59,260 nt of DNA, taken from Candidatus Blautia merdipullorum. GTDB lineage: Bacteria > Bacillota > Clostridia > Lachnospirales > Lachnospiraceae. Below, one piece after another: positions 1 through 10,644 of this stretch. Both the position numbers and the translations under genes were made by a program. The stretch covers positions 1-59,260 of the forward strand of contig DWYL01000080.1 of NCBI GenBank assembly GCA_019118685.1, read 5' to 3'. How positions within the stretch are numbered: the first letter of the stretch is position 1; the number at the start of each line of letters is the position of its first letter. The notes beneath the pieces are model-generated. The model was not told the origin of the DNA. It searched no databases and saw nothing but the letters and a program-made list of their open reading frames with translations.

Positions 1-197
1 AAAGATATTTAAGTTAATTAAAACGGATATTAATTATTTAATCTTGGAGGTAATTCGAAAAAACTGTGTTAAATCTATATAAAAAAATACCTTTAAAACT
101 GTTTAAATGGTAGAAATGACGACAAAACAGAATTAAATATTGAAATTAAAAAAGATTAATGATAAGATTAAAATAACTTAAAAAGGAGGAAAAAAGA

Positions 198-1583
198 ATG
201 AAAAAACAAACTTTAAAACGTGGAGTATCACTGGCTCTGGCATCAGCAATGGTATTTTCACTGACAGCCTGCGGCGATGGAGGCGGTAACAACACAGAAA
301 GCTCTTCCAGCGGCGAGGAGATCCCTACTATTGACCAGATTACAGTAGGTGAGGATTATCAGGATATCGAGGCATCCATTAAGGTGCTGACCAATAGGAC
401 AGATATCGTGGACACTGTGTATGCAGGATATGCAGAAGAGTTTATGGAACTGTATCCAAACATCAAAGTAGAGTATGAAGCCGTTACAGATTATGAAGAA
501 TCTTTAACACTGCGTCTGACCACCGGAGATTGGGGAGATCTGTGTTTTATTCCTACAGGTGTGGACAAAAGCGAACTTGGTGATTACTTTACTCCTCTTG
601 GAGACTTTGACACACTGGATCCTATTTACAATTTTGTTTCTGAGAAAACTTATGACGGAACGGTTTATGGAATCGCTAACGGCGGTACAGCAAATGGAGT
701 AGTATATAACAAGAAAGTCTGGGCAGATGCAGGAATTACAGAGCTGCCCAAGACACCGGATGAGTTTTTGGATGATCTTCAGCTCATTAAAGACAATACA
801 GATGCGATTCCTCTTTACACCAATTTTTCGGCAGGATGGCCAATGGGAGCATGGGATGCTTACATTGGAATTGCTGCAACTGGCAATCCGGATTTTATGA
901 ACCATGACATTGTACACATGAAAGATCCTTTTGCGAAACAGGAAGATATGACAGGCCCTTATGCTGTTTATTACACCTGCTATGAGTCAGTGGCCAGAAA
1001 ACTTGTTGAAGAAGATCCGGCCAGCAGCGATTGGGAATCGTCTAAGACCAGGATCAATAACGGAGAGATAGCCACAATGGTACTTGGCTCCTGGGCGGTT
1101 CAGCAGTGTAAAGACGCAGGTGATACACCGGAGGATGTAGGATATATGCCTTTCCCAATTACAGTGGATGGAAAACAGTATGCCGGGGCAGGCGGGAATT
1201 ACTCATTTGGCATTAATAATCAGGCCGACAGTGATAATCAGATCGCAGCAATGGTCTATCTGAAATGGCTTATTGAAGAATCTTCTATATATGAGGATGA
1301 AGGAAGCATCCCGGCGCTTAAGGGAGAAGACCTTCCGGAAGCTCTGGCTGATTTCGAAGGAGTAGAACTGTTGTCAGATAATCCGCCTGCAGAAGGAGAA
1401 GAAACATTATTTAACGATGTAAATAATCAAAGTGAAGTGGGAATCAACAATGACGATTATCCAAACTGCTACCTTCTGGAGTGCGCACTGTATGGCAGCA
1501 AAACATTAGACGAAGTAATTGACGAGTGGAACTCTCAATGGTCCGCTGCTCAGGAAGCGTTAGGTGTGGACGTCAACATGTAA
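198..1583 (+). CDS. Sugar ABC transporter solute-binding lipoprotein (probably manno-oligosaccharide binding)
   Basis: Lipobox SLTAC after a signal peptide; CUT1-type SBP motifs (YGIANGG, LPKTPDEF); strong RBS AAGGAGG; precedes two permeases and GH130 genes. Confidence 0.9.
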   Translation: MKKQTLKRGVSLALASAMVFSLTACGDGGGNNTESSSSGEEIPTIDQITVGEDYQDIEASIKVLTNRTDIVDTVYAGYAEEFMELYPNIKVEYEAVTDYEESLTLRLTTGDWGDLCFIPTGVDKSELGDYFTPLGDFDTLDPIYNFVSEKTYDGTVYGIANGGTANGVVYNKKVWADAGITELPKTPDEFLDDLQLIKDNTDAIPLYTNFSAGWPMGAWDAYIGIAATGNPDFMNHDIVHMKDPFAKQEDMTGPYAVYYTCYESVARKLVEEDPASSDWESSKTRINNGEIATMVLGSWAVQQCKDAGDTPEDVGYMPFPITVDGKQYAGAGGNYSFGINNQADSDNQIAAMVYLKWLIEESSIYEDEGSIPALKGEDLPEALADFEGVELLSDNPPAEGEETLFNDVNNQSEVGINNDDYPNCYLLECALYGSKTLDEVIDEWNSQWSAAQEALGVDVNM

Positions 1584-1592
1584 GGCGTACAG

Positions 1593-1621
1593 GAAAGGGC
1601 GGTCTTGCGGCCGCCTTTTCT
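1593..1621 (+). terminator. Intercistronic stem-loop after the SBP gene
   Basis: GAAAGGGCGGTC-TTGC-GGCCGCCTTTTC; typical hairpin that stabilises or partly terminates the SBP mRNA. Confidence 0.7.
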
Positions 1622-1642
1622 TAATCAAGAGAGGAGAATATT

Positions 1643-2668
1643 ATGAGTAAACAGGAAGCAGTAGTTCCGAAGAAAAAGAGGAGTTTAATGGAACTGATGA
1701 AAAGGAGAGAAGGACAGAAAGCTTTAGTGATCATTCTGTTCATGTTTATTCCGCTGCTCCTTTTGATTGTTTTTACTTATGTACCCTTTATAAAAATGGT
1801 ACAGTTCAGTTTTTACGATATGAAATATATCGGGGAAAGAACGTTTGTAGGCATTAAGAACTATATAGATGTATTCCAGAGAGACGATATTTTTGGTTCC
1901 CTGTTTGTCAGCCTTTACTATATGGGAGGCGCGGTAGTGCAGCTGGCATTGGCGCTGTTTTTTGCGTCCCTGATGGTGTTCAAAGTAAAAGGGGCCAGCT
2001 TTTTTAAAGGCGCGATGTTCTTTCCCTATCTGATCTGCGGTATCGCAGTGGGATTTATTTTTAAATTTTTCTATGCAAGAGGTTTTGTCCTTGATTCTCT
2101 GCTTCAGATGTTAGGGATGAATCTGGAGGATATCCCTATGTGGCTTCAGGATCAAAAGATCAACAATATCGCTCTTGCGGCAACTTCTGTATGGAGATAT
2201 ACAGGCCAGAATATGGTTTTGTTTTTGGGTGCTATGATGTCAGTGGATTCTGATCTGTATGAGGCTGCATCTCTGGATGGCGCAAATAAATGGCATCAGT
2301 TCCGCTATATCATCCTCCCCAGTATTAAATCTATTGTAGTGCTGAATCTGATTCTTTCCATCAGCGGTTCTCTGAGTGCATTTGAGCCTCCATATGTTAT
2401 TACGAACGGTACAATGGGGACTGGCACCTATTTTGTGATCATGAACCGTATTGCCCATGAAAATCAGAAGGTAGGACTTGCCTGCGCAATGGCTATTGTG
2501 CTGCTGGCTATTATTATCGTCTGCACTGTAGCCCAGAAACTGTTTTTCAAATACGCCTTTGATGACGGGACTTCTGATGAATCTAAGGCAGCAGTGAGAA
2601 AAAGAAAAAGGGCAGAAAAAGCGGCGAAAAAAATGGTCCAGAATGGGAAAGGAGGAGAGACAGCATGA
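1643..2668 (+). CDS. Carbohydrate ABC transporter permease 1
   Basis: Multiple TM segments; EAA loop LYEAASLDGANKWHQFRYIILP. Confidence 0.93.
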   Translation: MSKQEAVVPKKKRSLMELMKRREGQKALVIILFMFIPLLLLIVFTYVPFIKMVQFSFYDMKYIGERTFVGIKNYIDVFQRDDIFGSLFVSLYYMGGAVVQLALALFFASLMVFKVKGASFFKGAMFFPYLICGIAVGFIFKFFYARGFVLDSLLQMLGMNLEDIPMWLQDQKINNIALAATSVWRYTGQNMVLFLGAMMSVDSDLYEAASLDGANKWHQFRYIILPSIKSIVVLNLILSISGSLSAFEPPYVITNGTMGTGTYFVIMNRIAHENQKVGLACAMAIVLLAIIIVCTVAQKLFFKYAFDDGTSDESKAAVRKRKRAEKAAKKMVQNGKGGETA

Positions 2669-3507
2669 AACGGCAGATGAAAATAGGATCTATCTTTTTT
2701 ACAGTGTTTAAATATGTGATGCTTATCGGAGCGGCAATTATTTCTCTGCTGCCGGTTATCGTGTGTGTATTCACTGCCTTTAAGACGACAGATGAATATA
2801 ATGCTACATCAGTTTTAGATCTTCCTACCCAGTGGATGTTTGAAAATTTTTCTATTGCTTTTAACCAGGCAAATATGCTTCGGGGATTTGCGAATACAGC
2901 AATCGTTCTTGTAGTGGTTCTGACATGTTCTATCTTTATCAGCGCTATGCTGGCATATGTGTTGAACCGGTTTAAGTTCCCAGGCAATGGCCTGATCCAG
3001 AATCTGTTTATGTTTGCATCACTGATTCCGGGAATCGCTACACAGGTAACTGTTTATCAGATTATGTATTCCTTAGGATTTATCAACCATTTGTATGGCT
3101 ATATGATCGTGCTGATGGGTACGGATATTATTTCTATCTATATTTTTCTGCAGTTTTTCGAGAATCTTCCGGTATCCCTTGATGAATCTGCAATTATGGA
3201 TGGCTGCACTTATTTTGGTGTATTTTTCAAGATACTGTTTCCTCTTTTGAAACCTGCTATTGTGACATCATTAGTATTAAAGGGCGTAAGTGTGTACAAC
3301 GAGTATTACATGTCCAACTTGTATTTACAGACAAAAGAATTAAGAACTATATCCACAGCCCTGTATGCGTTTACAGGACCTTATGGAAACCAGTATAACT
3401 ATATTTGCGCCGGCGTGCTGATCACCATTATTCCTATTTTTATCCTGTTCCTGATCTTCCAGAAACAGGTGTATGGAGGAATGGCAGCAGGAGCGGTAAA
3501 AGGCTAG
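2665..3507 (+). CDS. Carbohydrate ABC transporter permease 2
   Basis: EAA loop LDESAIMDGCTYFGVFFKILFPLLKP; ATGA overlap with permease 1. Confidence 0.93.
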   Translation: MKRQMKIGSIFFTVFKYVMLIGAAIISLLPVIVCVFTAFKTTDEYNATSVLDLPTQWMFENFSIAFNQANMLRGFANTAIVLVVVLTCSIFISAMLAYVLNRFKFPGNGLIQNLFMFASLIPGIATQVTVYQIMYSLGFINHLYGYMIVLMGTDIISIYIFLQFFENLPVSLDESAIMDGCTYFGVFFKILFPLLKPAIVTSLVLKGVSVYNEYYMSNLYLQTKELRTISTALYAFTGPYGNQYNYICAGVLITIIPIFILFLIFQKQVYGGMAAGAVKG

Positions 3508-3537
3508 AGCACAGAAACTTACTATATGGAGGTTATT

Positions 3538-4563
3538 ATGAGCAATGTGAAAATTATTGGCAGCAATGTACCCAATATGCCTTGGCAGGAACGCCCTGCA
3601 CACGCAAAGACATGGATGCCTCTGTGGAGATACAGTGAAAACCCGGTAATCGGACGTAATCCGGTAGAAGGAGTGGCGCGTATCTTTAACAGTGCGGTAA
3701 TCCCCTATGAGGATGGATTTATCGGAGTCTTCAGAGGAGAGCAGATTAACGGGATCCCATATATTTATCTTGGGAGAAGCGCTGATGGTATCCACTGGGA
3801 TTTTGAAAAAAATAAGATTCCGTTTAAAGACGAAGAAGGCAGGGATTTCATGCCTGTATATGCATATGATCCCAGACTTGTAGAAGTGGAGGGCATTTAT
3901 TATATTATGTGGTGCCAGGACTTCTATGGGGCATCCATCGGCATGGCTAAGACAACCGATTTTAAGACCTTTACAAGATTGGAGAATCCATTCCTTCCAT
4001 TTAACAGAAATGCGGTTCTTTTTCCAAGAAAAATAAATGGAAATTTTGTACTCCTCTCGAGACCAAGTGACAGTGGACATACACCTTTTGGAGATATCTT
4101 TCTTTCAGAGAGTCCGGATATGATCTATTGGGGAAAACACCGCCATGTTATGGGAAAAAGCCCGGAATGGTGGGAGTCTGTAAAGATCGGGGGAGGCGCT
4201 GCGCCTATTGAGACAAGTGAAGGATGGCTTCTTTTCTATCATGGTGTGACCGGCACATGTAATGGTTATGTATACAGTATTGGAGGCGCTATTCTTGATA
4301 TTGACAATCCTTCTGCAGTGAAATACCGCTGTGAGAATTTTCTGCTCACACCTGAGGAATGGTATGAGGAAAGAGGCTTTGTACCGAATGTAACTTTTCC
4401 ATGTGCTACCATTCACGACGGAGCTACTGGAAGAATTGCTATCTACTATGGCGCGGCAGACTCTTATGTAGGACTTGCGTTTACCACAGCAGATGAGGTG
4501 GTTTCTTATATTAAAGAGCATTCTGTGGTAAGGGAAAGTGATTCAGAGATAGGAAGACGATAA
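3538..4563 (+). CDS. GH130 beta-1,4-manno-oligosaccharide phosphorylase
   Basis: Motifs IFNSAV, YAYDPR, NRNAVLFP, KIGGGAAPI, YYGAAD; start moved to ATG 3538 after GGAGG. Confidence 0.9.
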   Translation: MSNVKIIGSNVPNMPWQERPAHAKTWMPLWRYSENPVIGRNPVEGVARIFNSAVIPYEDGFIGVFRGEQINGIPYIYLGRSADGIHWDFEKNKIPFKDEEGRDFMPVYAYDPRLVEVEGIYYIMWCQDFYGASIGMAKTTDFKTFTRLENPFLPFNRNAVLFPRKINGNFVLLSRPSDSGHTPFGDIFLSESPDMIYWGKHRHVMGKSPEWWESVKIGGGAAPIETSEGWLLFYHGVTGTCNGYVYSIGGAILDIDNPSAVKYRCENFLLTPEEWYEERGFVPNVTFPCATIHDGATGRIAIYYGAADSYVGLAFTTADEVVSYIKEHSVVRESDSEIGRR

Positions 4564-4565
4564 TT

Positions 4566-5753
4566 ATGCAGGACATCAGAACATTTGCATCAGATGTAAA
4601 AAGTCATCTGACAGGAAGGATCATCCCATTCTGGAAAAACTTAAGGGACGAGGAATACGGCGGATATTACGGATGGCTTGGCTATGACCTGAAACTGGAT
4701 AAAAAGGCTGTCAAAGGCTGCATCCTGAACAGCCGGATCCTGTGGTTTTTTTCTAACGCCTACCTGCTCCTGGAGGAGGAAAGCCTCCTCCAGGAGGCAG
4801 AACATGGATGGGAATTTTTAAAAGACAGATGTGTGGACCATGAAAACGGAGGTATTTACTGGTCTCTTACCTATGAAGGAAAGCCAGAAGACACAACTAA
4901 GCATACCTATAACCAGGCCTTTGCCATCTATGCCCTGTCCTCTTATTACGATGCATCAGGAAATGAGGAAGCACTGAAACTGGCATGGGAGCTGTATCAT
5001 CTGATTGAGACTAGATGTAAGGATGACTATGGATATCTGGAAGCCTTTAACATCCGGTTTGAACCGGAGGAGAATGACAAGCTTTCAGAAAACGGAGTTA
5101 TGGCAGAAAAAACTATGAATACCCTCCTCCATGTTTTTGAGGCTTATACAGAGCTTTACCGTGTGACAAAAGCTCCGGAAGTAGGAGAAAGTATAAAATT
5201 TATGCTGGATCTGGTGGAAAAGAAAATTTATAACCGGGATCTGGGAAGACAGGAAGTGTTTTTTGACAGAACATGGAATAGTCTTATTGATCTATATTCT
5301 TACGGACATGATATTGAAACAGCATGGCTGGTAGACCGGGGACTGGATATCTTAGAAGATACGGCATACAAGGAACGGCTGCACCCTATTACAAAAGAGA
5401 TTACCCAAAATATCTATGAGCGTGCATACATCGGCAATTCCCTTGTAAACGAAGCAGAAAATGGCATTGTAGATACTACGAGAGTCTGGTGGGTTCAGGC
5501 AGAAGCAGTGGTAGGCTTTCTTAATGGATGGCAGAGAACTCCGGATCATAAAGAATATCTGGAGGCTGCAGAAGATATCTGGGGATATATCAAAGAGAGA
5601 ATAGTGGACCACAGAGCCGGATCCGAATGGTTCTGGGCAGTGAATCAGGAAGGAAAGCCTCTTGAAAAACCTTTGGTAGAACCATGGAAATGCCCGTATC
5701 ACAATGGAAGGATGTGTATGGAAGTTATCAGGAGGATAGAAAATGTTACATGA
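4566..5753 (+). CDS. Cellobiose/mannobiose 2-epimerase (AGE family)
   Basis: [26 protein letters not shown] and WKCPYHNGR motifs. Confidence 0.92.
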   Translation: MQDIRTFASDVKSHLTGRIIPFWKNLRDEEYGGYYGWLGYDLKLDKKAVKGCILNSRILWFFSNAYLLLEEESLLQEAEHGWEFLKDRCVDHENGGIYWSLTYEGKPEDTTKHTYNQAFAIYALSSYYDASGNEEALKLAWELYHLIETRCKDDYGYLEAFNIRFEPEENDKLSENGVMAEKTMNTLLHVFEAYTELYRVTKAPEVGESIKFMLDLVEKKIYNRDLGRQEVFFDRTWNSLIDLYSYGHDIETAWLVDRGLDILEDTAYKERLHPITKEITQNIYERAYIGNSLVNEAENGIVDTTRVWWVQAEAVVGFLNGWQRTPDHKEYLEAAEDIWGYIKERIVDHRAGSEWFWAVNQEGKPLEKPLVEPWKCPYHNGRMCMEVIRRIENVT

Positions 5754-6924
5754 ACAGTATTATGTAGAAAAGGCTAAGGTAGACCGGCTGATAGAAAGAA
5801 AAAACTGTAAGACGGACTTCTATAACGGGATTTATGACAGATATGAATTCCCTGTGCTGACAAGAGACTTTGCTCCGGTTCATTGGAGATACGATCTGAA
5901 TAAAGAGACAAATCCTTGTTTTATGGAGCGTCTTGGTATCAATGCGGTAATGAATTCAGGAGCCATAGAATTGAACGGGAAATACTATCTTGTCGTCCGT
6001 GTGGAAGGGAATGATAGAAAATCCTTTTTTGCAGTGGCAGAAAGCGACAGCGGAATTGATGGTTTTCATTTTTGGGATTATCCTGTCGTGCTTCCGGATA
6101 CCTGTCCGGAGGAGACGAATGTTTATGATATGAGGCTTACAAAACATGAGGATGGCTGGATCTATGGTGTATTCTGTTCCGAAAGCAAGGATCAGGAAAA
6201 CCCGGATCTTTCGGCGGCAGTGGCAGCGGCAGGAATCGTTCGTACAAAGGACCTGAAAACATGGGAGCGTTTGGATAATTTAAAGACACTTCGTTCTCCT
6301 CAGCAGAGAAATGTAGCCCTTCATCCGGAATTTGTGGACGGAAAATATGCTTTTTACACACGGCCTATGGATGGCTTTATTGAAACCGGATCAGGCGGAG
6401 GAATCGGATTTGGCCTTTGTGATGACATTGAGCATGCTGTGATTGATGAAGAAAAGATTATCAGCAGACGAATTTATCATACATTAACCGAGGCTAAGAA
6501 CGGCGCAGGAGCTGTACCCATTAAAGGAAAACGGTGCTGGATCCACATTGCCCACGGGGTACGGAATACAGCGGCGGGACTGCGGTATGTGCTCTATGCA
6601 TTCGGTACGGATCTTGAAGATCCGGATCAGGTGATCGCAGAACCTTCTGGTGTATTTCTTGTACCTCTTGGATCTGAACGGGTAGGCGATGTTTCCAACG
6701 TCGTGTTTACAAATGGAGCCATTGCGCGAGAAAATGGAGATATCTATATTTATTATGCATCCTGTGACACAAGGATGCATGTGGCAACCACTACCATAGA
6801 CAAGATGGAAGATTATCTGTTCCATACACCGAAGGATCCGTTAAGATCCTCAGATTGTGTAAAACAGAGATGTAGATTGATTGATAGAAATATGGAGCTG
6901 CTTAAAGCTGAGAAAAATCAGTAG
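5743..6924 (+). CDS. 4-O-beta-D-mannosyl-D-glucose phosphorylase (GH130)
   Basis: [34 protein letters not shown] and GDVSNVVF motifs. Confidence 0.92.
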   Translation: MLHEQYYVEKAKVDRLIERKNCKTDFYNGIYDRYEFPVLTRDFAPVHWRYDLNKETNPCFMERLGINAVMNSGAIELNGKYYLVVRVEGNDRKSFFAVAESDSGIDGFHFWDYPVVLPDTCPEETNVYDMRLTKHEDGWIYGVFCSESKDQENPDLSAAVAAAGIVRTKDLKTWERLDNLKTLRSPQQRNVALHPEFVDGKYAFYTRPMDGFIETGSGGGIGFGLCDDIEHAVIDEEKIISRRIYHTLTEAKNGAGAVPIKGKRCWIHIAHGVRNTAAGLRYVLYAFGTDLEDPDQVIAEPSGVFLVPLGSERVGDVSNVVFTNGAIARENGDIYIYYASCDTRMHVATTTIDKMEDYLFHTPKDPLRSSDCVKQRCRLIDRNMELLKAEKNQ

Positions 6925-7038
6925 GGCTTTTAATGCAGGAGCAAGGCAGCGGCCAGGAAAGCACCAGTTCAAGACCGCTGCTCTTTTAAAAACAGACAAA
7001 TATAAAATAGAAATCTAAAAAAGGATCAGGAGAGGCTG

Positions 7039-7677
7039 ATGACTATGAAACATTATATCCGGGAAATCAGAGAACACACTGCTGGAATGGACTGGCGGGA
7101 AAGAGCGGAATATATTCTGACATATTACTGGTATCACATACTGGGAATGGCCGCAGCTGTATGCCTGATTCTTTTTCTTATTATACATTTTGGATTCAGG
7201 GAAGAACCTCCTCTTTTTACATGTGCTTTGGTGAACCAGGAAATAAATTTTACTAGAGATGAAGAGATAGAAAAAGACTTTTCTGCAGATTCAGGAATTG
7301 ACGAGGGACGGATGGAGATCAATTCAGATTTCAATATAGCCTATGGAAATCTGGAACTGGAAGGAATTAATGAAAGCTCTTATGAAAAGTTTTTCTTTAA
7401 ATGGCAGAATGGAGAGTTGGATGCAGTGGTTCTGCCTGAAAGCTTTTATAAATACTGCAGAGATCTGGGAGGAGTTTTCAGAAACCTTAAAAATTGGAAC
7501 ACAGAAGGCTTTACTTTATATGAGGAGAAAGGAGCTATTACAGCGGTAGATGTGGAAAATACAATACTTTCAGGGTATCTGGAGAATAAGACAGGAGAAA
7601 CTCTTCTCCTTGCTTTCCCGGATACCGGACAGCATGAGGAAGAATGCCGGGCTTTTCTTGACTTTATCCGAAAATAA
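7039..7677 (+). CDS. Membrane-anchored hypothetical protein of sugar-utilisation loci
   Basis: N-terminal YYWYH plus one TM helix; RBS AGGAG; paired with a YesL-like gene. Confidence 0.7.
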   Translation: MTMKHYIREIREHTAGMDWRERAEYILTYYWYHILGMAAAVCLILFLIIHFGFREEPPLFTCALVNQEINFTRDEEIEKDFSADSGIDEGRMEINSDFNIAYGNLELEGINESSYEKFFFKWQNGELDAVVLPESFYKYCRDLGGVFRNLKNWNTEGFTLYEEKGAITAVDVENTILSGYLENKTGETLLLAFPDTGQHEEECRAFLDFIRK

Positions 7678-7730
7678 AAAATTTATATTTTAGTATTAAA
7701 TGAAAACGAAAATCATTAGGAGATGAAAAA

Positions 7731-8420
7731 ATGAAAAGATTTGGAATTGACAATCCTTTTTTCGGATTTATGGGAAGAGTTGGAGATATCCTTATATTGA
7801 ATGTGTTGTTTATTATAACCAGTATCCCAGTGGCGACTATGGGGATGTCCCTTTCTGCTATGTATCGGGTGACACTGCGGATGGAGAGAAAAGAGTGCAT
7901 TTACATAGTAAAAGAATATTTCTCTGCGTGGAAAGACGAATGGAAAAAAAGCACAGAAATCTGGGTGATCATGCTTGCTTCAGGCATTTTGCTCACTTTC
8001 GACCTGATGGTGGCAAAAGATATGTGGAGCCTGCTTAATGTAGCGATAGGTGCACTGACTCTCATATGGGGAATGTTGTTTGCCTACGTGTTTGCTGTGC
8101 AGGCCCGTTTCGAAAATACCGTGAAAAATATATTTAAGAATGCCGGATATATGGCTGTCAGACATTTTCCGTTTACAGTTATAATGCTGGCTCTTAACGG
8201 GATTCCAGTGGCCTGCATTGCCTTTGGAAGCGTAACCATGGCTCTTGCCGTGCCTGTTTATGTAGCTGTTGGATTTTCTCTTACAGCAAGGATCAATTCT
8301 GTTTTTTTGAACAGAATCTTCCGGAAATATATTTCTGAGGAGATAGAAAATAAAAAAGACTATGAGACTGGATTTCCCGGAGAAAAGGAGGCAAGAAATG
8401 CTGATCACGCCAGAGCATGA
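7731..8420 (+). CDS. YesL/DUF624 family membrane protein
   Basis: DNPFFGFMGRVGDILILNVLF...SIPVATMG pattern; about 5 TM helices; QARFENT motif. Confidence 0.85.
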   Translation: MKRFGIDNPFFGFMGRVGDILILNVLFIITSIPVATMGMSLSAMYRVTLRMERKECIYIVKEYFSAWKDEWKKSTEIWVIMLASGILLTFDLMVAKDMWSLLNVAIGALTLIWGMLFAYVFAVQARFENTVKNIFKNAGYMAVRHFPFTVIMLALNGIPVACIAFGSVTMALAVPVYVAVGFSLTARINSVFLNRIFRKYISEEIENKKDYETGFPGEKEARNADHARA

Positions 8421-9441
8421 GAAACTTCAGTACAGCGGAAGGATTGACTGGAGTGACCGGAATGCTCCTGTGTTCGTATTCCCCTGCACCTCGGTGGGGA
8501 TGTGGTTTACAGGAGACACACTGAAAGTATATGTGAGAAATAAAAAAGTATACTGGGACAATTATCTCGGATGCATCCTGGACGGGGAGCAGACAAAGCT
8601 GCGCCTGCCGGATGAGGGGGAAGCTGTTATTGAAATCCCCGTAAATCAGACGACAGAAGACGGTTCTCATGAGGTGCTTCTGTTTAAGCGGCAGGATTCC
8701 TGTCACGAGGCGGCATTCCTGGGATTTGAGATAGAAGACGGGGCAGAGATTCTTGATCCGCCAAAAAGACCCCGGCGCAGGATCGAAGTGTACGGCGATT
8801 CGGTTTCGGCAGGCGAGGTGTCGGAGGCTGTGGATTATGTGGGAAAACCGGACCCGGAGCATAACGGACAGTATTCCAACAGCTGGTATTCTTACGCGTG
8901 GATGACAGCCCGGAAACTGGGTGCGGAAATCCATGACATAGCCCAGGGCGGCATTGCTCTTCTTGACGGTACGGGCTGGTTCAACGAACCGGACTATATA
9001 GGGATGGAGACCGCATGGAACAAGATACATTATAATCCGGCATTCGGCCCGGCGGCAGACTGGGATTTCACACAGTATACGCCTCAGGTGGTGATCGTTG
9101 CCATCGGCCAGAATGACAATCACCCGGAAGATTATATGAAAGAAGACTACAACTGTCCACGTTCTGTGCGCTGGAGAAGAGAATACGGTGAACTGCTGAA
9201 AAAGATACGAGGCCAGTACCCGGATGCATGGATCCTGTGTATTACCACTCTGCTGGAGCACGATCCGTCCTGGGATCGGTCTATTGATGAAGTGTGCGGC
9301 AGGCTGCAGGATGAGAAGATCCGGCACTTTATGTTCCGCAGAAACGGAAGGGGAACGCCGGGGCATCTGAGGATTCCAGAGGCTGAAGAGATGGCGGAAG
9401 AGCTGAGCGCGTATATTGAGGAGCTGGATATCCAGTGGTAA
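8398..9441 (+). CDS. SGNH acetyl esterase, CE2-like
   Basis: IEVYGDSVSAG nucleophile motif, IAQGG, IGQND, C-terminal GH; start after AAGGAGG at 8398. Confidence 0.82.
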   Translation: MLITPEHEKLQYSGRIDWSDRNAPVFVFPCTSVGMWFTGDTLKVYVRNKKVYWDNYLGCILDGEQTKLRLPDEGEAVIEIPVNQTTEDGSHEVLLFKRQDSCHEAAFLGFEIEDGAEILDPPKRPRRRIEVYGDSVSAGEVSEAVDYVGKPDPEHNGQYSNSWYSYAWMTARKLGAEIHDIAQGGIALLDGTGWFNEPDYIGMETAWNKIHYNPAFGPAADWDFTQYTPQVVIVAIGQNDNHPEDYMKEDYNCPRSVRWRREYGELLKKIRGQYPDAWILCITTLLEHDPSWDRSIDEVCGRLQDEKIRHFMFRRNGRGTPGHLRIPEAEEMAEELSAYIEELDIQW

Positions 9442-10577
9442 TAAATCGAAAAATACTGGTGCTTCAGGAAAAAGGCGCCGGAGAAAGGCAGGAAATACAG
9501 ATGAACAGACCAGATCTTACCAGACTGAAATCATGCATGAGACGGGCGGAGGCAGGTGAAGAACTGACAATCGGATTTTTCGGCGGTTCTATTACCCAGG
9601 ACAGCCTTGCCACAAAGCACGAGAATTGTTATGCCTACAGAGTGTTCCGGTGGTGGGAAGAGACCTTCCCGAAAGCTGTGTTCCTTTATGTAAACGGAGG
9701 GATCGGCGGAACCACCTCTCACTATGGAGTTTCCCGTGTGGTGACGGATATGCTGATGTATCAGCCGGATTTTGTGGCGGTGGATTTTTCCGTAAACGAC
9801 GATCCGGATGAATTTTTCCAGGAAACCTATGAGGGACTGATCCGAAAGCTGCTGACATGGAGTTCAAAACCGGCCCTCCTGCTTCTTAACAATGTATTTT
9901 ACGATACAGGAAAAAATGCCCAGGAGTATCACAATCATGTGGGAGACTGGTATCATCTGCCTCATGTGAGTATAAGAGATACAGTATGGAAGAGGATGAA
10001 AGCCGGAGAGTTTACCAGAGAAGAGATCACCCCTGACGGGCTTCACCCCAATGATAAGGGACACGGACTTGTGGCGGCGGAGATCACGGCATATCTGGAA
10101 CAGGTGAAAGAGCACATATGGGAGGATGGGGCGGAACAGCCTGTCCCTTCAGCTATGACGGACAACGCCTATGAGGACGCCCGCAGGCTTACGATCCGGG
10201 AGATCTGTCCAAAGCTTGACGGATTCCGGGCTGATACAGAAGAAAAGACAGGGCATCTCGACCACTTTAAGAACGGCTGGATCGGGAACAAGGCAGGCGA
10301 CCGGATCTTATTTGAAATCCAGGCGTCCTGTATCGCGGTGCAGTACCGAAAGACGATCCGTCATCCTGCAAGAAAAGCGGAACTGATCCTGGACGGCGAC
10401 ATGGAACATCCTGTGCTGCTGGACGGAAATTTCGATGAAGACTGGGGAGACTGCCTGTATCTGGAACCGGTGCTCCACCACGGAAAAAGGGGAAGACATA
10501 CAGTGGAGATCAGAGTGCTTGAGGATGAGTATGAGACTGCAGAGCCCTTTTATCTGATGGCTCTGATTACAGCATAA
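9435..10577 (+). CDS. SGNH mannan acetyl esterase, CE17-like (catalytic domain plus C-terminal beta domain)
   Basis: GGSITQ, NGGIGGTTS, FSVND and DGLHPND motifs; adjacent to CE2 as in mannan loci; true start may be 9501. Confidence 0.8.
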   Translation: MVINRKILVLQEKGAGERQEIQMNRPDLTRLKSCMRRAEAGEELTIGFFGGSITQDSLATKHENCYAYRVFRWWEETFPKAVFLYVNGGIGGTTSHYGVSRVVTDMLMYQPDFVAVDFSVNDDPDEFFQETYEGLIRKLLTWSSKPALLLLNNVFYDTGKNAQEYHNHVGDWYHLPHVSIRDTVWKRMKAGEFTREEITPDGLHPNDKGHGLVAAEITAYLEQVKEHIWEDGAEQPVPSAMTDNAYEDARRLTIREICPKLDGFRADTEEKTGHLDHFKNGWIGNKAGDRILFEIQASCIAVQYRKTIRHPARKAELILDGDMEHPVLLDGNFDEDWGDCLYLEPVLHHGKRGRHTVEIRVLEDEYETAEPFYLMALITA

Positions 10578-10644
10578 AAGAATAAGACGGCAGGAACGGC
10601 CGAAAATATATCGTCAGCGCTGCCGGAAAAGGAGGAAAAGTAAA

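Noticed and set aside
8293-9366. Long antisense ORFs (also 13563-14561, 26405-27409, 40843-41829, 43072-44100 and many shorter ones)
   Set aside because: They lie wholly opposite well-supported genes, have no recognisable motifs and are typical shadow frames.
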